A stretch of 64,000 bases of DNA from an uncultured Verrucomicrobiae bacterium (GCA_963813025.1 CAWEXO010000012.1:1-64000), one strand, 5' to 3'. Numbered from the stretch's first letter, positions 50,745 through 60,324 are shown. Translations and numbers: made by a program. The notes: generated by a model not told the origin, from the letters alone.

Positions 50745-52204
50745 AGCCGATCATTCCAATTTTACTGATTTTCGCGTTTCCCGTTGCGACTCAAGCCCAG
50801 CGAATTGTGGTCGGTTCCAAGAAATTCACCGAGTCCTACGTTCTGGCCGAGATCGCCAAGACGACTTTGCAGAAGGCCGGCTTCGCAGCCGAGGTCAGAC
50901 AAGGAATGGGTGGAACGATCATTTTGTGGGAAGCCTTGCAGGGGGGCGAAATTACGCTCTACCCCGAGTACACCGGTACGGTCGAAGAGGAAATTCTGAA
51001 AACGAAGCAGCCACTGAGCGCGGATCAAATGAGCGCGCTGCTTCGGCAGCGTGGGGTGGGTATGACTGGAGAGCTTGGATTCAACAACACCTACGCTCTC
51101 GTTATGCGGCGAGATCGTGCTTCCAAGCTTGGCCTCCGCAAGATAAGCGACCTGCGGAGTCATCCTGATCTGAACGTTGGCCTGACCCACGAGTTTCTCG
51201 ACCGCCAGGATGGCTGGATGCCGTTGAGCGCGCGTTACGGCTTGCAGATGCGAAACGTGCGAGGGATCGATCACGCGCTTGGCTACGCCGCGCTGGCGAA
51301 CGGTTCGATCGACCTAAAAGACGCCTATTCGACGGACGCAAGAATCGCGGAAAACGATCTCGTTGTCCTTGATGATGATCTTCATTTTTTCCCCCAATAT
51401 AAAGCGGTGTTTCTTTACCGGCTCGATATGGACAGTCGTGCCGTGGCTGCGTTGGAAGCCCTCGCGGGCACAATCGATGAAAAACGCATGACGCGCTTAA
51501 ATGCTGAAGCCGAGCGGACAAAAAATTACGCACTGGCCGCCGCGCTTTACTTTGGCCAAAAGTCAGTCTCCCCTTCCAATGACCTCACCGGAAAAATCGA
51601 GGGCTGGACATTACGACACTTGGAATTGGTTGGGGCCTCGCTTTTCCTGGGAATTATTGCCGGCATACCGCTTGGTATTCGGGCGAGTCGTCCCGGACCG
51701 GTCAGCAACTTCATTCTCGCTACCAGCGGCATGATTCAAACTATTCCGTCTCTCGCGTTACTTGCATTGCTTGTGCCACTCCCCTTTTTCGGAATCAGTC
51801 CGGTAACGGCGGTTTTCGCTCTTTTTTTATATAGCCTGCTGCCCATCGTTCGGAATACCGCCACCGGTCTGCAGGACATCCCAACGGCGGTCCGTGAATC
51901 CGCCGCAGCTCTCGGATTAGAGCCATCCGCACAACTTTGGAAAGTTTTCTTGCCACTTGCCTCACGCACGATTTTGGCCGGAGTAAAAACCAGCGCGATC
52001 ATCAACGTCGGCACCGCTACGCTGGCCGCGCTCATCGGTGTCGGCGGATTGGGAGAACCAATTATCAGCGGGCTTAATCTCAATGACTACGGCACGATTT
52101 TGGAGGGCGCAATTCCCGCTGCCTTGCTCGCATTGCTGGTTCAGTTCTTCTTTGACGGATTTGACCGCGTCTTCGTTCCTAAGGGTCTGCGGCTCAAACA
52201 ATAA
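50741..52204 (+). CDS. Fused betaine-type substrate-binding protein plus permease (OpuBC/OsmF-like)
   Basis: Signal peptide; VGSKKFTESYVL, YPEYTGT, GFNNTYAL, DAYSTD; permease QTIPSLALL, LLPIVRNT, GGLGEPI. Confidence 0.9.
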   Translation: MKPIIPILLIFAFPVATQAQRIVVGSKKFTESYVLAEIAKTTLQKAGFAAEVRQGMGGTIILWEALQGGEITLYPEYTGTVEEEILKTKQPLSADQMSALLRQRGVGMTGELGFNNTYALVMRRDRASKLGLRKISDLRSHPDLNVGLTHEFLDRQDGWMPLSARYGLQMRNVRGIDHALGYAALANGSIDLKDAYSTDARIAENDLVVLDDDLHFFPQYKAVFLYRLDMDSRAVAALEALAGTIDEKRMTRLNAEAERTKNYALAAALYFGQKSVSPSNDLTGKIEGWTLRHLELVGASLFLGIIAGIPLGIRASRPGPVSNFILATSGMIQTIPSLALLALLVPLPFFGISPVTAVFALFLYSLLPIVRNTATGLQDIPTAVRESAAALGLEPSAQLWKVFLPLASRTILAGVKTSAIINVGTATLAALIGVGGLGEPIISGLNLNDYGTILEGAIPAALLALLVQFFFDGFDRVFVPKGLRLKQ

Positions 52205-52373
52205 CAAATGGCTTCATCGGTGGGCTAATAACAGGCCGATGACCTGCCGTGTAGCACAGTATTTTGAGACGTTTTGTGGGCGCAGCGATTCACTTAAGCG
52301 GCCCGAACCGTTAGTGGTAAGTTCGGCCGAGACCGGCTAGTTGTAAATGTCAGTAAGGAGCTAGGAGAAAGCA

Positions 52374-52910
52374 TTGCCAGCGAGGCTTGTGTCCGTCAAC
52401 ATTGGTTTGCCACGCGATATCACGTGGCACATCACAGTCGAAGTGCTCGAAAAAATTGGTGTGCCGCGCGAGGCCGCTTTCTATCTGTGCGGATCTGCCG
52501 CGTTCCTGCGCGATTTGACCGCTGGACTGGTGGCTTGGGGTGTTTCAGACGACCGGTTGCACACGGAGATTTTTGGGCCAGGCAAACCGATGACGCCCGG
52601 CGTCGTCAATCCATCGCCTGCGCCTCCGCACCCGCCGAAGGGACCTGTGGGTTCGGGCCCTCGAGTGTCGTTTGCGCGCAGCGGCCTCAATGTGTGCTGG
52701 AACGCAAAGTTTTCGAGCCTTCTCGATTTCGCGGAAGCCTGTGACGCGCCGGTCCGCTGGTCATGCCGTACGGGGGTTTGCCACACTTGCGAAAGCGGGT
52801 TGATCTCGGGCGATGTCGATTACCAGCCCGAACCGCTTGAGGCGCCCGCCGAGGGTAATCTGCTGATCTGTTGTTCGCAACCTAAGGGCGACGTGGTAAT
52901 CGATTTGTAA
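52374..52910 (+). pseudogene. Internally deleted MOSC-FAD/NAD-2Fe-2S oxidoreductase; open frame retains the ferredoxin
   Basis: MOSC-type start ARLVSVNIGLPRDITW joined directly to FYLCG...LHTEIFG and a 2Fe-2S motif CRTGVCHTC...LICC. Confidence 0.7.
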
Positions 52911-52957
52911 GGCGGAAAATAGTGGATACGTGAACTAGTCAAAGGGCGGATTTGATC

Positions 52958-52995
52958 TTTGCCAAATGACACTGTATATAGTGCTCTATGGCAAA
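52958..52995. promoter_or_regulatory. Palindromic operator overlapping the promoter and start codon of the Xre-RES module
   Basis: TTTGCCA-aatga-CACTgtatatAGTG-ctcta-TGGCAAA; both inverted pairs share one centre, and TATAGT ends 5 nt before ATG 52988. Confidence 0.55.
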
Positions 52996-53398
52996 ACTGC
53001 TTGAGTTCAGCGGATCGGATATCAAGGACCATGTGAAGATGGCAACCCTGGTCGCTCATGGCATCCCAGCCCAGGTTGCTTTGGATCTGGCCAACCGCTT
53101 GGGGATTTCTCAAGAAAAGCTCTCTGAGCTGATTTACCTCCCAAAGCGCACTCTGCATCGAAGGATTGAGCAAGGCGAACGCCTTAAGCAGGACGAGTCA
53201 GAACGCGTTCTCAGGCTCCTCCGCTTGTACGCGCGTGCGACTGAAGTGTTTGAAGATGAGAAACGCGCAGCGAGATGGTTTTCTTCCCGACCGAAGGCTC
53301 TCGGGGGAAAGACTCCGCTTGAGTTCATGGAGACAGAGCCGGGCGCCCGATGGGTAGAGGACGTCCTGGGGCGGATCGAGCACGGCGTGTTCTCGTGA
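52988..53398 (+). CDS. Xre/MbcA/ParS-type antitoxin
   Basis: HTH (LGISQEKLSELI..PKRTLHRR), ESERVLRL, VFEDEKRAARW, ALGGKTPL, LGRIEHGVFS. Confidence 0.92.
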   Translation: MAKLLEFSGSDIKDHVKMATLVAHGIPAQVALDLANRLGISQEKLSELIYLPKRTLHRRIEQGERLKQDESERVLRLLRLYARATEVFEDEKRAARWFSSRPKALGGKTPLEFMETEPGARWVEDVLGRIEHGVFS

Positions 53399-53862
53399 GG
53401 GCCTGGCGAATCTGCAAGAAAAAGTATGTCGGGACAGCGTTCAGCGGCGAGGGTGCATTTCGTTACGGCGGTAGATGGAACTCTCGTGGCGTGTCGGTTG
53501 TCTATCTGGGCGGCAACCCGTCGATTTGTGCTCTAGAGATAATTGTGAACACAGATGATTGGGAGGATCTATACCGGATACCCTATGTTTTGATTCCGGC
53601 GGATTTTGATGAGGCTCTGGTCAGCTCCGCAGACAAGTTGCCGGATGACTGGAAAAAGGATCCACCACCTCCATCTGCCGCCGCTATTGGCGACCAATGG
53701 GCTCGTTTGGGTAGGTCGGCTGTGCTGAAGGTCCCTAGCACAGTCATCGCTGCAGAGCACATTTATATCCTGAACCCGCTTCACAAGGACTTTGCTCGGA
53801 TCAAGATTGGTGAGCCTCAAACATTCGAGTTTGATTCGAGACTCGGGAAATTGTGGGCGTGA
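53395..53862 (+). CDS. RES-domain toxin (putative NAD+-degrading / ADP-ribosyltransferase type)
   Basis: AWRI, SGEGA..GGRWNSRG, VVY, ALE, LKVPS, LNPLH; GTGA overlap with the antitoxin. Confidence 0.92.
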   Translation: MRAWRICKKKYVGTAFSGEGAFRYGGRWNSRGVSVVYLGGNPSICALEIIVNTDDWEDLYRIPYVLIPADFDEALVSSADKLPDDWKKDPPPPSAAAIGDQWARLGRSAVLKVPSTVIAAEHIYILNPLHKDFARIKIGEPQTFEFDSRLGKLWA

Positions 53863-53969
53863 CTCTTTAAAAGCGCTCCCGGGTTCGTTCGCTCAGGCGG
53901 GGATACTCGTCGCGGATAGCTCGTTCCGGATCGAATTGGCAAATTGAAAGAACGTACCGGCGAGGCCTC

Positions 53970-54536
53970 CTAGTTCGCCGCTGGAAGAGCCCAGGAAAAC
54001 ATCCGGCGAATCACGAGGCCAGGAATTTCAACTGGTCGCTCCTCGAGACGCACACCCGGACTGTGTTGATAACCTTCGACCAAACCGAGCCCCACCCGAT
54101 GTTCCCGAAGATGATCCAGCACCTGTTCGGTGTTTCCCATGATGAGACTGAGAGCCGCTGCCGGATGATTTTGATGGAAGCGAAGGAAAATCCTGGGAAC
54201 AAAATACCTCGCCAAAGTTGTGCTAGCTGCCAGAGTCACGATTCCCGTTACTTCCCGGCTCATATCCAGTTCGCCCAAGACTCGCTCGAGCTCGGCAAAG
54301 ACATGTTGCAGTCGATCTCGCAGACGGGCCCCGAGCGGAGTCAAAGTCACACCTCGGGCTGAACGACTGAAAAGGGTTGTTTCCAAATTGGCCTCCAATC
54401 TCCGGATGTGGCCGGTTACCGCTGGCTGCGAAAGATGAAGGCGCCGAGCGGCTTCGGAAATCTGGCCAACCTCAGCGACTACGAAAAAGGTCTGTAATAA
54501 AATCGGCGGTACACGGTTGAGGTCCACAGGTGTCAA
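53970..54536 (-). pseudogene. LysR-family regulator (CysL-like) with most of the effector domain deleted
   Basis: HTH ISEAARRLHLSQPAVTGHIRRLE, ASTT, GNTEQV, GLVEG, then a jump to the C-terminal PVEIPGLVIRR; only 188 aa. Confidence 0.7.
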
Positions 54537-54979
54537 TTGTAGCTGAAATCTGCTTTCTCGATCGGCAATTTGGTGACCCCGTTGGGCCGCTGGATAATGA
54601 TGAAGGAGGCAGCGCCGCAGCGATTTGCCGGTCTTTCCAAATCGGCTTGCGCCCTTCCTCCGAGATACGAACTACTAGACAACAGAAGGAGAGCGACGGT
54701 CCATTCTTTGGCGTCCGAATCGCCGCACAAATCAAAAACTAGAACGAAGCGGAACGGCAAAACTCTTGGGAAATGAATTGCATTTCTGTGTTGCCTTCCG
54801 CTCTGCCCTCAGTACTTTCTTGGCCCGCTGCCTTAAAGAACCGAATTACAGGCGGCAGGTCAGATTTGGGGGTCTTTCTTGTGCTGTAATGCGACGCTAG
54901 TGACATCCAGGAAGATCTTAAAAAAAAGTTATGGATATATCTGAGGATGGGCTCCAATAGGTGTTCTTTGCGCGATTCT

Positions 54980-55069
54980 GGAAGGGTGGCTGAGCGGTTG
55001 AAGGCACCTGACTCGAAATCAGACGTACGCGCAAGCGTACCGTGGGTTCGAATCCCACCCCTTCCGCCA
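54980..55069 (+). tRNA. tRNA-Ser (anticodon CGA)
   Basis: GGAAGGG acceptor stem pairing with CCCTTCC-G-CCA; D-loop CTGAGCGGTTGAAG; anticodon arm CCTGA-CT-CGA-AA-TCAGA; long variable arm GTACGC-GCAA-GCGTAC; T-loop GTTCGAATC. Confidence 0.97.
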
Positions 55070-55072
55070 CGG

Positions 55073-55148
55073 AATCAAGGACTTAGGTGAGAGCCAATAA
55101 CAGAAGACAAAAAGGCAAGAGAATTTTAGTCGAGTTATAGTCGAGTTA
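55073..55148. mobile_element. att-site remnant of a tRNA-integrating element
   Basis: AATCAAGGACTTA (matches the IHF consensus WATCAANNNNTTR) directly after the tRNA CCA, then a tandem 11-bp repeat TAGTCGAGTTA x2 (55127-55148). Confidence 0.55.
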
Positions 55149-55178
55149 TTTTGTTCGCTCTGCGCCGTCGCGTCTTCT

Positions 55179-55373
55179 TTAACTGGTTACGTTCCGAGGA
55201 TCGATACCGAGGTCTTTGCAGATACCGCGCGCAGTGAACTTCTTTATTTCGTTATGCCTTGGCACCGAAGCCGACGCGCCGTGGGGGCTTTCCCAAATTG
55301 CGTGTTTGCCAGCGTCGCGAACTTTCTTGCACCCGTGGTCGCGTAAGAGTGCTTCCAGCTTCTGCCGCTTCAC
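55179..55373 (-). CDS. hicA: HicA-family mRNA interferase toxin
   Basis: KRQKLEALLRDHGC, GKHAIW, SVPRHNEIKKFTARGICKDLGI. Confidence 0.9.
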   Translation of the reverse strand: MKRQKLEALLRDHGCKKVRDAGKHAIWESPHGASASVPRHNEIKKFTARGICKDLGIDPRNVTS

Positions 55374-55585
55374 TCTACTAAGGCAAGATCGAGCTCGAGC
55401 GAATTGGGACGAGAGGCCAGTTCTCTTTCCGCGCGATAAGTCAAGAGCTCTTTGAGAGCGTCAAGAACATTTTCGGCAGTCTCTTGGGCGGTCTCGCCTT
55501 GAGAATGCACGCCCGGAATTTGCTTCACATAGGCGTGAAAGCCGCCTTCTTCGCAAGGCTCAAAAACGATGGTCAGTTTGTCCAT
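55370..55585 (-). CDS. hicB: Short HicB-family antitoxin without a DNA-binding domain
   Basis: EPCEEGGFHAYVKQIPGVHSQGETAQETAENVLDAL; GTGA overlap with hicA. Confidence 0.9.
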   Translation of the reverse strand: MDKLTIVFEPCEEGGFHAYVKQIPGVHSQGETAQETAENVLDALKELLTYRAERELASRPNSLELDLALVE

Positions 55586-56674
55586 TTGTGTTGTCGCTTA
55601 ACGATAGCAGCGGCGTGACATTTTCGCTATTTTGTTTTGCCTGCTTCGGCGAAGGTTTTGACCTCGCCTTACAGGCGCGTTTGATCTGCCGGGGCGCTGT
55701 CATGACCTTGGCGCAGGCTCGAAAAATCCGGAAGATTTTTTGGGAATTTTCTCCGAGCATCGTGGCGCGAGTGGCCGACGGCTTCTTGCGCCGGCCGGAG
55801 CGTGGCCCGGAATGGGCGCACACATTCGCCCTCGGCTTTTCGACGAATCATCGTTTGCGGCAGGGCTCCGGAAACGCAAAATGGAAAAAAGTGCCGCGGC
55901 AGGAGGCCCGCCGTCGCTCCGCTCCGTCACGCCTTCTGCTGCGAATATGAGTTGGACGAGCTTCGCTTATAGCAGCCTGAAGGAGGACAGAAAAATGGTG
56001 CCACCTCGCTCCCGCTTTGAACGTCGGCGATTTAGTTGCTAGCGCGTGCGTCTGCCATGTGTGCAGCACACCCTGAGTGGGATCACGAACACCAAGTTGA
56101 GGTTCTTCAGTTGGCCATGTTTCGGGGGTCGATGCCAAGAGCGTTACAGATCTTGCGCGCGGTAAACTTCCGCCGATTTCGCGTTGGAGAACTTCACCTG
56201 CGAAACCGGCAGTTCCGGCAGGCCCCAGATGATCCCCGCGCTCGGCGAACCGGTGAAAGATTCGGTGGAGTGGCGGTTGTCGGATCGGCCCTGGGATGGC
56301 TTACTTCTCGCTCCGTCCTGCGCATGGCAGAAATCGGAGCTATTCCCGAACGAGGGAAGGCAAAGGTAAGAATTACAATGGTTCTCGAGGAGTTGAAAAG
56401 CCGAGAGCGCGGCCCATGGCACTAAAGAACGAACCCAATCCCTGTTGTTTATACGGTTGTCGTGGGGGGCGATGGTCCCTTGGCTCTGAAGATTTCGGAC
56501 GTAATCCGGTCGACCTTCCAGGCCTCTTTTGAACGGCCTTAGGTGCTTCTTTGCCCCGCCTGAGCCAGCGTCCCGTCTTCGGCCTGGTGAACTCATGCCG
56601 CTCGCGATCAACGTCGACGGCCGCGAAGAAGCGAAAAAGCTGGTCGAGTGTCTCGATCACAAATTGAGCGACGT

Positions 56675-57061
56675 TTATTGCACAGAGATCTTGCGAGGCT
56701 TCACGGTTTCAGCTTTTGGCAGTCTAACGGTCAAAACGCCATCGTCGATTTTCGCGCTGACTTTCGTAGTATCGATCGATGGATCGAGTTCGTAGACGCG
56801 CCGGAAATCGTGCGGCTCGATCTCCCGATAGATCAACTCAGCAGTAAACTCGGTCGGCTTCCGACGACCCAGAATCATCAACTCGCCCTTGTCGACGGTG
56901 ATTTCGAGGTCACCTTTCTCGACACCCGGCATTTCCGCTCGGATAACATAGCCATCATCTGTAGATTCTATATCCACCAGCGGGGTCACGTAGCCCACCG
57001 GGCGATTTTCCTCATTCAGAACCATTGCTTGTTCCTTTGGAGGTTGGGAAGGAATATTCAT
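56675..57061 (-). CDS. Hsp20/alpha-crystallin small heat-shock protein
   Basis: TPLVDIES, AEMPGV, DFRRVYEL, DGVLTVRLPK, KPRKISVQ. Confidence 0.93.
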   Translation of the reverse strand: MNIPSQPPKEQAMVLNEENRPVGYVTPLVDIESTDDGYVIRAEMPGVEKGDLEITVDKGELMILGRRKPTEFTAELIYREIEPHDFRRVYELDPSIDTTKVSAKIDDGVLTVRLPKAETVKPRKISVQ

Positions 57062-57115
57062 TGTTTTTTCCAGGTTCCGGCACCTACGCGCTGAGCGCCA
57101 CGGCACCAAGCATTT

Positions 57116-57568
57116 TCATTTGAGGGCGACTTCGATCTGTTTTGGTTTTGCTTCCTCCGCTTTCGGTAGCACAACCTGCAAAAGGCCGTCTCTATAACTG
57201 GCTTTCACCTTGTCGGCATCAACGGCATTTGGCAGCGTCAAGCTGCGCTGGTATTTGCCGTAGAATCTTTCGGTAATTAATCCTTGCTCGCTGGATCCTT
57301 CGCGTTTGCGTTCGCCCGAGATGGTGAGCGTGTCGTCGTGCAGCGAGATCTCGATCTCCTCCTTCTTAAGACCAGGAAGCTCCGCGACTACGATGAATTG
57401 ATCTTTGTCTTGGTAAACGTTAACCGCGGGATTCCAACGGCTCAACGAAGCGGGTGATCGAAAGGTTGAGTCATACATGCGATCCATTTCCTCCCGCATA
57501 CTGGCAATTCGATCGAGGGCAGCAGATAGATCGCTTTGGGGATAACGCAGATAACGGACGATGTTCAT
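57116..57568 (-). CDS. Hsp20/alpha-crystallin small heat-shock protein
   Basis: WNPAVNVY, AELPGL, LTISGERK, ERFYGKYQRSLTLP, YRDGLLQVVLPKAEEAKPKQIEV. Confidence 0.93.
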   Translation of the reverse strand: MNIVRYLRYPQSDLSAALDRIASMREEMDRMYDSTFRSPASLSRWNPAVNVYQDKDQFIVVAELPGLKKEEIEISLHDDTLTISGERKREGSSEQGLITERFYGKYQRSLTLPNAVDADKVKASYRDGLLQVVLPKAEEAKPKQIEVALK

Positions 57569-57600
57569 AGGTTTAGTCTTCCTTTTCGCATACTCCTTCC

Positions 57601-57680
57601 GGAATCTAGCCCAGTTCATCGGCTTTTCCCATACCCGTTTCGACGGCTTATAGTTGGCTTTGGGTATGGCCATGGCTGCC
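57601..57680 (-). promoter_or_regulatory. Duplicated promoter/operator module, copy 1 (upstream of the hsp20 pair)
   Basis: Reverse complement matches 60000-60080 at 48/60 positions, plus a shared GGCTAG(A/G)TTCC -10-like box. Confidence 0.6.
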
Positions 57681-57768
57681 ACGAAGAACGAAACACAGAG
57701 CTTCGCGAAAATGTTAGGTCGAAACCAAAAGGACTCTTCTAAACAGTGCGGATTAGACAGAAGTTATT

Positions 57769-58682
57769 TTGGTGGAGTTGAACGCGGCGAACGCTGCCGC
57801 CGAGGAGTTGAACTTCACCCACGCCGCGGATCGGCTGCACGTTTCTCAGCCGCCATTCAGCAAGCAAATTCACGACCTGGAAGGCGAACTCGGGATAGAA
57901 TTGTTCGAGAGACGGCGCAAAGGAGTCGCGCTCACGCCGGCAGGTAAGTCGTTCCTGATCGACGCCCGGCGGATCCTCGAAGATTGCGATGCCTCGATCA
58001 GAAAAGCCCAGCGGATCAGCCGCGGCGAGATTGGGGAATTGGCCATCGGTTATATCTCTGCGCTGACGCACGATTTTTTGGGTAAGGCACTGGAAATCTG
58101 GCGGCTAACTTCGCCCGGGAATCGTCGTCGATTGCATCGAGATGGATTCCGTATCGCAGGAGAGGGCGCTGCTTGAGGGGCGCATCTCCGTGGGTATACT
58201 TGTGCCGAGCGATCGGCCGGTGTTGGAGTTGTTACACGTCCGGTTTTTGATTAAATACCCGGTGAGCCTGGCGCTGCCGAAGTCCCACCCTCATGCAAAC
58301 AAGCCGCGAGATTCCTTTAGCGCTCCTGAAAGAGGAACCTTTTATCGGGCTAAATCGTATGTACCCGAATTACGGCGATTGGCTCTTGAAAGTTTGCCGG
58401 CGCGTGGGTTTCAAGCCGCGAATCGTCAAGGAAGCGGACGGTGCCGCTAGCGCGCTCGCCTTTGTAGCGGCGGGGTTTGGGGTGGCGGTGGTCAGCGAGC
58501 CGCTGCAGAAGATACCCGCCAAGGATGTGATTTTCCGCGATCTGGCTCCCGAGGACAGCGCGTGGGTGCCTGTGGGGGCCGCCTGGAAGCCGGACGCAGT
58601 ATCCGCTCCAGTCGTTTCTCGATTCGTCGACATCCTGGCTCAAACCTGTGCCGGCGGAAACGGGGAGAGTCAAGCCCGCTAA
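57769..58682 (+). pseudogene. LysR-family regulator (BenM/AlsR-like) with a damaged N-terminus and two frameshifts
   Basis: AEELNFTHAADRLHVSQPPFSKQIHDLEGELG, LTPAG, GELAIGY; frameshifts near 58120 and 58300; AFVAAGFGVAVV. Confidence 0.8.
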
Positions 58683-58956
58683 GGCCGACGCGAAGAACGC
58701 AAACGAGCGGAAATGGTGCACGAAGGGGCATACTCAGCGTCATCCAAACCGACTGAAAGGACTTATCGAAGAAGCAGGCACCGGAGCTTATTCCGGCACC
58801 GTTGTGGCAGCCACAACGCGTTCCATCGCGTCGTCCGCTGCCTTTTCAAGATTGCTTCTTTTATCCGAACTGCTTTGGGGAGGACTGCGCCACGAAGACC
58901 GAGACAGGCCTTGTCTCTGTACTTCTTAGCATGCGCTGCCAGCTGGTTACAGCTTC

Positions 58957-59835
58957 TCAGGTGCCCGCCTCGGACGCAGATTGTTTTTCAGATTGGGCTG
59001 TACTAGGATAATTCGAAATCGGAGCGGTGGTATACTGGGGAGAATTACGTTGTCCGGTGGTAGGCTGCATCGAAAGCTCCATCTTGTTCATTACTGCTCC
59101 GCCGAAAATGGTCGCGAACGAGGTGTCCGCAGCATCTCTGCCCTGGCCAATGCGCACGAAGCTCGACTGCGGAGCAAGGCGAGTCGGGTCGAACAGAATC
59201 CAACGATTCCCGAGAAAAGCTTCGATATAGGCGTGAAAATCCGGTGGATTCAGGCCGTAGGCATACGCGCTCACGAATCGGGCTGGGATTCCTAATGACC
59301 GACAAAAGGCTATTGCGAGATGCGCGAAATCGCGGCAGACGCCGGCTAGTTGCGTAGCGGTGTCGAAAGCTGACGTGGTGGGCGTGGTTATCCCGAACAG
59401 ATACTCAACTCGTTCGAAGATCCAATTACATATCCGTGTAACTCGGTAGAAACCAAACTCGTCCTGGTTGAACTCACGTTTCGCGAGCCGGGCGAGTAAA
59501 TCTGACTGACAGAAACGGCTCGGGTAAATGAAAACCATGGCTTCAGCAGGAATTTGTTCGAAGAGCGGCACCTGAAGCCGGGAAGGATCTCCGAGCAATT
59601 CATGGGTGGCGTCCACCACTGCTTCGTAGGTTAGCTCAACCGGACCACGTTGCGCAGTTGTCCGGTGATAGCGCTGGCCGCCTATTAGCATTTCCTGACA
59701 GGACTCTGCCCCTGCCACCTCGAGATGTTCGGTAATGATGCGCTGAAACGAATTTTGGGCGACCGCAACGTTAAATAGGAAGGAGGCTGGTTCAGCGACT
59801 TCGTAGCCGAGATGACACTTGATTTGGAACTCCAT
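58957..59835 (-). CDS. Transglutaminase-like family protein
   Basis: YPSRFCQSD, GVCRDFAHLAIAFCRSLGIPARFVSAY, PPDFHAYIEA, FDPT, GRDAAD. Confidence 0.92.
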   Translation of the reverse strand: MEFQIKCHLGYEVAEPASFLFNVAVAQNSFQRIITEHLEVAGAESCQEMLIGGQRYHRTTAQRGPVELTYEAVVDATHELLGDPSRLQVPLFEQIPAEAMVFIYPSRFCQSDLLARLAKREFNQDEFGFYRVTRICNWIFERVEYLFGITTPTTSAFDTATQLAGVCRDFAHLAIAFCRSLGIPARFVSAYAYGLNPPDFHAYIEAFLGNRWILFDPTRLAPQSSFVRIGQGRDAADTSFATIFGGAVMNKMELSMQPTTGQRNSPQYTTAPISNYPSTAQSEKQSASEAGT

Positions 59836-59999
59836 GGGACCACTTACTACAAATCACGAGACCGTGCCATTCTCCCAGCGAGTGGCACTCTTCTTCGTAC
59901 AGCCAGACATAAAAACAAGCCCGACGATCGGACGGTTGCGTTTCGTTGGATCTGGATTGTAAATATCGGTTTTCTCTCTCCCGTCAGTCGTGTTCGGCT

Positions 60000-60080
60000 C
60001 GCAGCCGCGGTCATACCCAAAGCCAACTGTAACCCGTCGAGAAAAGTATAGGAGAAGCCAGCCGGCTCGGGCTAGGTTCC
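60000..60080 (+). promoter_or_regulatory. Duplicated promoter/operator module, copy 2 (upstream of the desaturase)
   Basis: gcagccgcggtcatacccaaagccaactgtaacccgtcgagaaaagtataggagaagcc...ggctaggttcc. Confidence 0.6.
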
Positions 60081-60324
60081 TCAGGGCAGTTATTGCAAAG
60101 GAACTGTCAAGATGTATGAACGTTTTCTCAGGATAGCCGCTAGTGCCGCCGACCCATTTTCAACGCAACCCGTTGGGCCGCGGCCAGTTGGCTGTTACGG
60201 TGCACTAGTTTGATTGTGGTGATAACATTCCAATTATTTGTGGCCTCCGCAGAGGTAAGAGGATTCGGACATTTCGCTCATCTTCGAGGTCTCCGCTTCC
60301 GGTCCCCAAAATCCTAACTACGTC

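Noticed and set aside
55590..56670. Short ORFs between hicB and hsp20 as genes, or the region as an oriT/replication origin
   Set aside because: I found no recognisable domains, RBS-supported starts or iterons; left as unexplained island remnant.
57569..57768. CIRCE or sigma54 site upstream of the hsp20 pair
   Set aside because: No TTAGCACTC-N9-GAGTGCTAA or convincing TGGCAC-N5-TTGC match was seen.
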